From: a virus
Length of the DNA: 64,000 nucleotides
Virus record (IMG/VR): IMGVR_UViG_3300036760_000689
Location: 46,117 to 110,116 of that record
Strand: one strand, 5' to 3'
Below, piece after piece: positions 56,173 to 64,000 of this stretch (positions are counted from its first letter, which is position 1; each line of letters starts with the position of its first letter). Below the pieces are notes generated by a model, which saw only the letters and a program-made list of their open reading frames with translations, ran no database searches and was not told where the DNA came from. The position numbers and the translations under genes are program-made.

Positions 56173-56431
56173 AAAGCGCCTCGATGAGCAGAGTCCCTGC
56201 CGATAGCGATAGCCAGGTAAGAACCAACGTTTTCCCCCATTGGCGGTTTAGGTAGGTCGCCACCGGCAGGGACACCCAAATGCTACTGCATCCCACACAG
56301 TCCATTAGGTTTCCCAACATGCCACGCCCGAGCCGTCTGCGCGTTCGCAGAATGATATCCCATGGCCCATCCTCATAAGCCAACATGTGGCAAACACGCC
56401 AGACAGCCAGGCACCCGAGAATGAACTGCAT
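56141..56431 (-). CDS. DUF1360-like membrane protein
   Basis: LAVWRVCHML..EDGP...CVGCSSIW. Confidence 0.75.
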   Translation of the reverse strand: MQFILGCLAVWRVCHMLAYEDGPWDIILRTRRRLGRGMLGNLMDCVGCSSIWVSLPVATYLNRQWGKTLVLTWLSLSAGTLLIEALYGLLRGQKEG

Positions 56432-56748
56432 CAAGGCTCCTCCGATTGCCCTAGCACCGGCATGGGGGAGCGCGGAATGACCCCTCCTTGCATTCCCGGA
56501 ATGGGATGCTGCCTCGACTGCCAACAGGCTGCGATTGCAGCGGCAATTGCCGTGACCAATGCATCCCTGTTTTGATCAAGAAATCTTCCCATCTTTCTTG
56601 CCAACTCATCCGCAACCGTCCTGATTGCTACGGTTTCGACTTTTTCCAGGGCATGACTGAAATACAAACCCATCTGCGCTTCATGGGCATTCAGCCAATT
56701 CGCTACTGCCCGCTCAAACGCCTCGTCATATTCGCCCATTTTTCTCAC
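56431..56748 (-). CDS. Hypothetical protein
   Basis: Translationally coupled on both sides. Confidence 0.5.
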   Translation of the reverse strand: MRKMGEYDEAFERAVANWLNAHEAQMGLYFSHALEKVETVAIRTVADELARKMGRFLDQNRDALVTAIAAAIAACWQSRQHPIPGMQGGVIPRSPMPVLGQSEEP

Positions 56749-56957
56749 CCTTCGGGGATGATATCAATGAATTCCCCTCGGTTTTGCCTACTGCACCTAT
56801 GACAGAGGTTGAATTTATGACTACGTTTCCAACTGATAGGGCAGTCCTGGTGAGCGATCTTTTCATAGAGTTTCCGGCACCATGCACAGTAGTGATAGTG
56901 GAATTGCGCGTGGTGCCATTGCCTGCTGGGGAGAAGATGGATCAATCTTGGTTTCAT
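56745..56957 (-). CDS. Small Zn-finger protein
   Basis: CAWC...CHRC; coupled. Confidence 0.45.
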   Translation of the reverse strand: MKPRLIHLLPSRQWHHAQFHYHYCAWCRKLYEKIAHQDCPISWKRSHKFNLCHRCSRQNRGEFIDIIPEG

Positions 56958-57143
56958 ATCAGCAGATCTTCATTTTTCGTACCCCGGATTTCAAGAGGCC
57001 ATGCCCTGCCCCATTTGGGCATGACTCTCCAAAACCGACCGTCTGGCATCCTGAAAATCTTGAAGAGTTTCGTTTCCCAAAGTACTACAGCTCCACTCTT
57101 CAGGACATCTTGCCACTCGGTCATGTTTCGGATTGACATCTCC

Positions 57144-57524
57144 TCAGATTGCAACACGCCCAATCTTCCTCAGGAGCATCTTGTTTGACTGGGAAATCAA
57201 TGCCGAAGCAGCCATCTTCTTTGCACCCCGCTTCGAGATGGGACGCGGCCGACTGTAACCCGGAGATCTGCCCCGCCATAAACGCCACGCACGCACGGCT
57301 GCGGTTAGAATTCCAGCGTTGGACGAGACGTCAGTCGGCATCCTCTTGCTGACTCCTGGCCATAGGCCCTTGGCGTCCAGGATCACAAAGATTGTGAAAT
57401 TGCCGAGGACGCCATAATGGATGTCGAATGTCTTGTCCTTCAAATCCACATCTCTATGCATGCGTTCCCGCTCGGGAAGCAGGGCAAGAAAGTCATCCCT
57501 GTTCATTTTTGACAACTGAGACAT
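57144..57524 (-). CDS. Hypothetical protein
   Basis: AAGGAG Shine-Dalgarno before MSQLSK; GVSKRMPTD. Confidence 0.5.
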   Translation of the reverse strand: MSQLSKMNRDDFLALLPERERMHRDVDLKDKTFDIHYGVLGNFTIFVILDAKGLWPGVSKRMPTDVSSNAGILTAAVRAWRLWRGRSPGYSRPRPISKRGAKKMAASALISQSNKMLLRKIGRVAI

Positions 57525-57538
57525 GCAATCTCCTTTAT

Positions 57539-57757
57539 CTATTCCTTCCTGAAAGCGTGGTTCTTTTTCAGATACCATACATACTTCCCTTTGGACTCCG
57601 CATGGACGAACGACTGCCATTCCTCCAGACTGACATCCAGATAGACGTAGACATTTTCCCCGCCATGGAACTTGACGGAGCACTCACGCCTCGCTTCATC
57701 ATACTGGATTGCGGCCACATTGCTGCTGCCGTAGACTGGCATCCAACCATTGGACAT
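57539..57757 (-). CDS. KTSC domain protein
   Basis: SSNVAAIQYD...VKFHGG..YVYLDV....FVHAESKGKY. Confidence 0.9.
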   Translation of the reverse strand: MSNGWMPVYGSSNVAAIQYDEARRECSVKFHGGENVYVYLDVSLEEWQSFVHAESKGKYVWYLKKNHAFRKE

Positions 57758-57957
57758 TATTTCTCCTCCTGCAATTCTCCCGCGATATTAAGACTGATGG
57801 ACCAGATCAGCTTTGCCGTCGCACAGGGGATTGGATGCCTACCCTTGATCCAACGCCAGACGGTCTCTGGCCTGACACCGATCTGGCGGGACAACTCCCC
57901 CTGGGACATTCCCAGTTTTGCCAAAATCTGACGCAACTCTTCTCCGGTCATTATCAT
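57757..57957 (-). CDS. XRE-family HTH regulator
   Basis: LGMSQGELSRQIGVRPETVWRWIKG. Confidence 0.85.
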   Translation of the reverse strand: MIMTGEELRQILAKLGMSQGELSRQIGVRPETVWRWIKGRHPIPCATAKLIWSISLNIAGELQEEK

Positions 57958-58010
57958 AAAGCCACCTTTGCCTCTTTATTGACTCGATCTAGGCCATCCA
58001 CCCGCGAATC

Positions 58011-58763
58011 TTACGCAATGATCGTGACCTTCGGCCCGGTGGACTTCACGATCCGCTCCCAGAGGAAGTCCCTGATCTTGGTGATGGCTTCGAGTTTCCA
58101 TTGACCGCCATCGGCCTCAAACAGGGCGATCGAAGGCAATGCGTCCTTTTGTCCGCGCACCCGCACAATGAAAAGGCTCTGCGGTTGTGCGATCTCCCGG
58201 AATGTCCGGTAAGGAGACAGAATCACCGGATTAGGAACCTGAGCCTCTGCCACGGTAGCAACTCCGGTCCTAGCAACGATGGCCTGTTTCATGCCGTCAT
58301 CGTGGGACTCCAAAACCTGTTCGGTTTTAATCATGGAGAAGAGCCGCAGCAACTTATCTCGATCGTCACTCTCGACGAACAGTGCTTGCAACTTCACGAT
58401 GAACTCCTCGTGACCGTAGTAAGTTCCGAAGTTAAAGGTCTTGCCGATGATATCCTCGCATCCGGCCTGACATAGGACATCGCGTTGACGCGCAGCCCCA
58501 TAGAGTGGACTCAGCAAGCGCACCTCATTGTGACTCAATACCTGGATGATCCGACGCTCTCCGCTCGGATCTTCTTCGTTATAGGCCACGTACTCGCAGA
58601 ATCCGGTCAGGGTGTTGACCTCAAGCGTTTCCGGTTGGGGGAGCTTCTTCACCGGGAGCATGTTCAGTGGGCGTGTACTGAATTCGTTTCCTGCTGCGTC
58701 CTTGAGAATAAGCGTTTTGACGCCGTTCTGGATTTCGTTTATAAGTCGTTCAGTTGCCTCCAT
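58011..58763 (-). CDS. Conserved phage protein
   Basis: DDGMKQ...VPNPVILSPYRTFREIAQP...LFEADGGQWK. Confidence 0.75.
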   Translation of the reverse strand: MEATERLINEIQNGVKTLILKDAAGNEFSTRPLNMLPVKKLPQPETLEVNTLTGFCEYVAYNEEDPSGERRIIQVLSHNEVRLLSPLYGAARQRDVLCQAGCEDIIGKTFNFGTYYGHEEFIVKLQALFVESDDRDKLLRLFSMIKTEQVLESHDDGMKQAIVARTGVATVAEAQVPNPVILSPYRTFREIAQPQSLFIVRVRGQKDALPSIALFEADGGQWKLEAITKIRDFLWERIVKSTGPKVTIIA

Positions 58764-59160
58764 CTTTCATCTCTCCAGTCTGTATGTTGACCACTGTCGC
58801 GCGAGGGCCAACCTGATCAAACATTTGTTTTTGGGCAGGGTTATGTTCCACGGCGATCGCACGACCGCCGCGCTTCCCGAAGGAGAACATCGTCCCGATT
58901 GGCTTAGTGGATCCGATCTTGCTGTCCACCGATACGCCGACCATGGCGAAGTTCCGGTTCTCGTCGGGTTTGATCTTGACTAAAATTGAGATCGATCGCA
59001 CGGCGGTCGCCTCGGTATTCAGGTCAAGAATATCGTTGTTGACTCTCTCCAGTTCACGCTCAAACAGTTCTTCGACCGCGCCACCGGCCATTGTGGTTAA
59101 GGTAACGGCTTGTTCTTCACTCACGATCTCCTCCTTCATCTGGTTCGGGTGACTCTGCAA
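58750..59160 (-). CDS. Conserved phage protein (partner of the adjacent gene)
   Basis: AGGAVEELFERELERV..DILDLNT.A...RSISI...KPDENR. Confidence 0.7.
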   Translation of the reverse strand: MQSHPNQMKEEIVSEEQAVTLTTMAGGAVEELFERELERVNNDILDLNTEATAVRSISILVKIKPDENRNFAMVGVSVDSKIGSTKPIGTMFSFGKRGGRAIAVEHNPAQKQMFDQVGPRATVVNIQTGEMKDGGN

Positions 59161-59323
59161 TCAATAAATAGGTTTCGTTGGACCTTGCGTCAAGATGGAC
59201 AACTCCATGATGTGGGAAAAATTGTTTGTGCTGTTGAGCAAAATATTCTGAAAGAAACTCCCTCAGGCAACTACCGCAACGCCATCGCCGTGTGTTCTCA
59301 TCCACCGCAATGCTCCAGGGGGC

Positions 59324-59450
59324 GACGGAGAGGACCCCGGATGGACATCAATTCGGCGCTTCCCACGAACGGTATAGGCGGGGAGTCACCCCCTATAAAC
59401 CCGAGTGCAGAATACGCGATTGATTGCACCGTTTCCCAGTCCTCCCCGTC
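59324..59450 (-). ncRNA. Unassigned multi-branch structured element
   Basis: 12-bp GACGGGGAGGAC/GTCCTCTCCGTC enclosing AACGG/CCGTT, GTGCA/TGCAC and TATAGG/CCTATA. Intergenic; strand assumed. Confidence 0.5.
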
Positions 59451-59466
59451 ATATGTTTACGTGTTT

Positions 59467-59760
59467 TTACTGGATCGTTTCGCCATTCTCATTTCGGATC
59501 CCCTTTGCTACTTCATCTGCAACTTTCACAATCTCCTTGTGGACCGCAATCAGTGCAAGGGTGCATCCAAAAAGTTTTGTGATAAGTTTAACCATAGCGC
59601 GATTGTGATCATTGACCTCCATGTGCGCGCAAACCTTCTCTGCGCCAAGGATCTTCTCTTCCATGTTTGCCATTACCGATACCACGTGACCCAGGAACTG
59701 GGTAACATAATAATGCAAGGCCACCTCATCATTTGTTACCTCTTCCCCCATAATGCTCAT
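59467..59760 (-). CDS. Hypothetical protein
   Basis: Coupled ORF. Confidence 0.45.
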   Translation of the reverse strand: MSIMGEEVTNDEVALHYYVTQFLGHVVSVMANMEEKILGAEKVCAHMEVNDHNRAMVKLITKLFGCTLALIAVHKEIVKVADEVAKGIRNENGETIQ

Positions 59761-60146
59761 TACACACTCTTTACGGGTCCGCCCGAAACAGGATCTGTAA
59801 CGACTTCGATGGCGGTTTCTAACTTCGCCTCGATCTTCTCTTCAACGATGTTGTCGATGATTTCACGAGCGGGAGAGACCAAGCGTTCAAAGATGTGCCA
59901 TGCCACTTGATATCCTGGGACCTGATAGGTAGCGATATACTGCCAGTCGCTCCTCCAAGTAAACGGCATGCCGGTGCGGATCATATGAAACACATGCGGC
60001 CAGGTCCCCGTCTGCGTGTCATCAGTAATCGCGTACAACGTTGGAGTACCATATGCATCCTGCACGGCAAGGGTGCGTGCGTTGAGAGGCATCATGACTA
60101 CCTGACTGGAAAGTTGCTTTAGTTCGTAGGAAAGGATTTTATCCAT
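59760..60146 (-). CDS. Conserved phage hypothetical protein
   Basis: MPLNARTLAVQ...TG...YIATYQ....WHIFE. Confidence 0.65.
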   Translation of the reverse strand: MDKILSYELKQLSSQVVMMPLNARTLAVQDAYGTPTLYAITDDTQTGTWPHVFHMIRTGMPFTWRSDWQYIATYQVPGYQVAWHIFERLVSPAREIIDNIVEEKIEAKLETAIEVVTDPVSGGPVKSV

Positions 60147-60375
60147 CGTTTTTCTCCGGTATGAGCCGCGATTCCGTCTGGGCGCTTCTCAATGCAATCA
60201 GAGCATCTAGTTCCACGGCCTTGGAAATCAGTTTTTCTCCCATTGCTTTCGCATCCTTGGACAGGACTGATATCCAGTTTATCGACCGTTGGAATACGAT
60301 ACCCACGCGGTAGTCTGGAGTGATCCCGATCTCTATTGTAACGTCTTCTTCTGTGATCTCTTCAACTTCCGCCAT
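60139..60375 (-). CDS. Hypothetical protein
   Basis: AAGGA Shine-Dalgarno. Confidence 0.5.
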   Translation of the reverse strand: MAEVEEITEEDVTIEIGITPDYRVGIVFQRSINWISVLSKDAKAMGEKLISKAVELDALIALRSAQTESRLIPEKNDG

Positions 60376-61625
60376 TTTCGGTCCTTATGGCATTAGAACA
60401 TAGATACGGATTTCCTGTCAAGGAAATAATTTATATCAACAGGCACACAAAGTGTTTCACGTTTCACACTTTGCGAGGACGCGAACCTTTTCTTTTGGCC
60501 TTGGCCTTTTGGAACGCACTGACCGTAGCAATCCAATCGATTCACATCGATCTCCATATCCAGTTGGCTATTACTAACCAAAACAGAATGACCAGGCAGA
60601 CAAGACATAGACATCCAAGATTTGGTAGTTTGAACTGTCGGCTCATTTCATACCTCAGATGGGTGGATCCTTGATGGGAATCCCGGGTGCCACGTGAGAA
60701 CCTCCCAGTCCATAGTGTCCGGATTCTGTTCCAACATCCTTATGAGTTCTCTGGTGGCAGAGAGTTTTCACGTTGCATCCCAGACAGATTGTGTGTGTCC
60801 TTCCACGCCGCCGCCCGCGAATCTTAAACTCATTCATCTCCATCCTCCTGCAATTTAAGCAACCAATGATATTCAAGGCCTGCCTTGCATTCACAAAGAG
60901 GATGGGAGTTCATGATTGTTCGGGCCTTTTCCAACATCTCAACTGCCCACTGAATATCAGCATCGGGCAATCCAGCAGCCAATTCCTTGAGTGCTTCTAT
61001 CCGTTTCATTTCTGTCCTCCGCATTCGCGGGCGTCGCGTCGCCGAGGGGAAACGAATGCGCTTCGGACATTCGACGACACGATTCTCACCGCCGAGCCGG
61101 CACCCGCGAAATTCAATCTCCTAAAATACGAGTCAGGATCTCATCCGCCGTCTGCGTTTCATATTTCTCCTTTTGATATCGTTACGGTTTTTACGCGTCT
61201 TTCTTACGTCTTGCCATTTGATCCCCTTCGTTTTCTTGAAGGTTTGTCGGGGTCCACACCGAATATGGCAATAGTCAACCAGGCTACCTGTGGCCTTGTC
61301 ATGCTTATTTCCGTTACTACATACTTCTGATCCTCGCCCATGACAAATCTTTCCGCGACCCATCTGTCGCCATCGTGGGTTAGCGCCATGAATTCATTTA
61401 ATATTGGTTTTGTCACATCTGCCCCACGAGTTACCGCCTGATTACTGTGGATTGGATGGCGGATTCCGGCGACGGTATAATTTCCGTTTTAATGCCTCGT
61501 CATTTAATCGTCGCGCGTGACAGGCGAAGCACATCCCATCATCATACAACCAGTCCATCGCGGGGCAGGAATTGCACCGCGCCAGAGGTTTCTTTTTTCG
61601 GTTCGTTGCGGCCATTCATCTCTCC

Positions 61626-62285
61626 TTAGCGTTCTGGCCATGGTTTAAATATCACGACCCAGACCCAGGGGTTGATATCCCATGGGCCGCGTTTGCCGTT
61701 GATGGAATCCCAAAGTGACCTAAAAGCGTTACGATAAGCGCCATTCCATACCTCTCCATCGATATCAACATCCTGACCGGCTACATTACCATGTTTCGTG
61801 CCTTCTGCAATCGCGTCTTCTTCACTGATTTCCCAGAGGCGTTGCACCCTGATATCGATGATATCCAACGTGATCCTACTGGCCCATCTGGGCATGAAAA
61901 TCGGGGACTTCCAACCCGCACCCTTCCCATCTGGCGACCAGCCAGGATTTAAATGCGTCCCATCGTCGTCTGCTTTATAGACACATCCCCTATTCGTGTC
62001 AGTGCGCCGAAAAGCGGGATACCAAGTTTCCCGAACCCATAAACGCCCAGAATCATGCCAGTCATCCCCTAGTTCTCCATATGGACATGGTATGCGAGCA
62101 AGACAACTTGTTCGATCGCAAATGGCATATGGCCAAGTTGGCTCTCCTTCAATTTCAAATTCACAATCCTTGAATAGTGGACTCATACCGCGAGGCAGTT
62201 TGATAATTCTCCGCGTCTGAGTCTTGCGTCCTTCGAGAATGCTCCGCACAGATTCAGACCTGAATATGATCGGATATTCCTTCAT
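61626..62285 (-). CDS. ASCH/PUA-like conserved phage protein
   Basis: PIIF...VRSILEGRKTQTRR...LWVRETW...WKSPIFMPRWASRITL...NPWVWVV. Confidence 0.8.
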   Translation of the reverse strand: MKEYPIIFRSESVRSILEGRKTQTRRIIKLPRGMSPLFKDCEFEIEGEPTWPYAICDRTSCLARIPCPYGELGDDWHDSGRLWVRETWYPAFRRTDTNRGCVYKADDDGTHLNPGWSPDGKGAGWKSPIFMPRWASRITLDIIDIRVQRLWEISEEDAIAEGTKHGNVAGQDVDIDGEVWNGAYRNAFRSLWDSINGKRGPWDINPWVWVVIFKPWPER

Positions 62286-62387
62286 CAATCGATATCCTCT
62301 TATTCGCGGGCGGGCCGGCTTACCCATATCGTCCTTGCGGCTCTCTATGGCAAGACCCGCCGCCGCCCGCGAATGTCATCCATTCAA

Positions 62388-62519
62388 TTAGGCGTATGGG
62401 ATCTCTCTGATTCTCAAATCGCTTGGAATCAAGGTCCTGCCAGACATTTGTTTTATGAAAAATAGCACGTGCGCACTCTGGCATTGATCCCGAACTGATC
62501 GCGCCCAGTTAGGATCCAT
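62388..62519 (-). pseudogene. C-terminal remnant of a DUF5131 (Gp37Gp68) gene
   Basis: MDPNWARSVRDQCQSAHVLFFIKQM...PSDLRIREIP*. Confidence 0.65.
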
Positions 62520-63044
62520 CTATCTTTTTCTCTCGTATCGCTTTCTTTCGCGCTTCCTCCCTTATCTCGCGCTCCTCCGCCAACTTGCGCGCGCGCGTTC
62601 AATTCGTCAATCAAGAATTCCGCGTAGTTCACCGCCTCCTGCGATCTACACCCATCACCGGCTGCCGCTAAACCCGCCAGCGCCTGCCCCGCAAAATACT
62701 CCAACTTCGTTAGGACAGAATCCCCGTCACTCGGGAATGCCTGGTCGTTGCAGCTCGTCCAATCTCGCATCCCTCACCCCTTTCCCGTATAACCTTTCAA
62801 TTGGGTTTATCCAATTTTGGTGGATCGATGGCTCTCTGAAGGGCGGAAACGAGGCGAGCTATCGCAAGTCCCCGCTCGTAAGAAGAACCGCCCCGCATTG
62901 TTTTGTCCATTTCAACGACAAATTCAGCGATCGCCATTCCCAGACGTTTGATCTCGGCCTCCAGATCGGCGATGCGCTGCTCCACGCGAGTCACGAAGTA
63001 TCCGCCCTTCACTGGATCCATCGCCTCTCCGCATTTCGTGCAGA

Positions 63045-63470
63045 TCATCTCGCCTCCTCCTTCGGCCACCTCGGATCCGGGTGCCCGTCGTACCACTCCC
63101 TCACCGATCTCAGCGTCGGAAACACCCCCGACACGGGACAACTCCCCGTTTCCCGAAACCTCCTCACAATCCGCCGCGCCTTCCGCCGATCCGGCAGAGC
63201 CTCCACATACGCCGCCCCCAACGGAGTTAACCCACCTTCAAACAACTTCATCTGCGCTTCCCGTCGCCGCCTGCGCCTCCCCGACTTTGCCCTCGTCAGC
63301 CCCGCCTTCACCGGCAAAAAATGAGGATCGTCCCGCGCCAGCCCCTCAAAAAACTCCCGACCTCTCCCGCGCCAACTCCCATGGCAAACCCCACCACACC
63401 GGCACTGACACTTCTTCCCCCTTGCCGTCTCGCATGCCGCCGCCTGCATCCCGTTCAACGGCCTCACCAT
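63045..63470 (-). CDS. Hypothetical Cys-rich protein
   Basis: ACETARGKKCQCRCGGVCHG. Confidence 0.5.
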   Translation of the reverse strand: MVRPLNGMQAAACETARGKKCQCRCGGVCHGSWRGRGREFFEGLARDDPHFLPVKAGLTRAKSGRRRRRREAQMKLFEGGLTPLGAAYVEALPDRRKARRIVRRFRETGSCPVSGVFPTLRSVREWYDGHPDPRWPKEEAR

Positions 63471-63874
63471 TCAACCCCCCCCCTCACCCTCCGCGCCCGA
63501 CCCCGCTGATACTTTGGCCTCGCCTCCTTGATGATCCTCACCCTCTCCGGATCCCTCACCAGTCGCTCAAATGCCTCCCAATACACCTTCCCAATTGCCT
63601 TCCCCCCAGTCTCCCATCGACAGATCGTATCGTTGTTCACGCCAAGCTCATTCCCAACTTCTCCTTGCCGAAGTCCAGCCGCCCTTCGTAGATCCCTCAT
63701 CCTTGCCCCGTCCATCGCCCGAATCCTCCTCTCAACCCGAACAACCCGTTCCCTCACCCCGCCCCTTGCCCACCCCACATACCTCCCCCTCACTCCCCGC
63801 CAGTAATCCTTGTACTCTACACCCTTTAGCCCCCTCCCAGTGTGAAACCTTACCTCTTCCCCGTCACTCACCAA
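63464..63874 (-). CDS. XRE-family HTH protein
   Basis: LRRAAGLRQGEVGNELGVNNDTICRWETG. Confidence 0.7.
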   Translation of the reverse strand: MVSDGEEVRFHTGRGLKGVEYKDYWRGVRGRYVGWARGGVRERVVRVERRIRAMDGARMRDLRRAAGLRQGEVGNELGVNNDTICRWETGGKAIGKVYWEAFERLVRDPERVRIIKEARPKYQRGRARRVRGGVEW

Positions 63875-64000
63875 ATACCCCTAAAACCGCCTGTCATAAT
63901 CCGCATGATCAAACCTCTCCCCTTCAAACTCAGATATCTCCCCCCAGCCCCCAGCCATCTCCCTCCGTGGGGTCGGCCCCCCCCGCCGTGCGGGGGCAGA

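Noticed and set aside
1-64000. Alternative genetic code or stop-codon reassignment
   Set aside because: Long genes are intact under the standard code; the only split core gene is explained by an intron.

Overview
This window is a 64-kb segment of a tailed dsDNA phage or prophage, with almost all genes on the minus strand. No tape-measure or sheath gene was recognised, so the architecture looks podovirus-like. Reading right to left: (1) small early/accessory genes (HTH, KTSC, DUF1360, ASCH-like); (2) a 4.5-kb RNA-protein locus (about 48.6-53.1 kb); (3) terminase large subunit and portal; (4) a fibre module and a cluster of small basic proteins; (5) scaffold and a major capsid gene split by a group I intron carrying a LAGLIDADG gene; (6) tandem paralogous decoration, adaptor and tail genes; (7) a 2038-aa tail protein with four 591-bp repeats; (8) a GNAT enzyme and ejection proteins running off the left end. 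The most striking feature is the locus in (2). A TROVE/Ro60-like vWA gene and a small coiled-coil partner lie downstream of at least four structured non-coding elements interleaved with HNH genes. These elements are: a circularly permuted tRNA-Leu(UAA) built on a Y-RNA-like closing stem; a second RNA with the same closing module but a different payload; a hairpin carrying a tRNA-Ala-like anticodon fragment; and an RNA starting with a near-copy of the 23S rRNA L11-binding helix. All family assignments come from motifs read by eye and all RNA folds were paired by hand. No searches were run.
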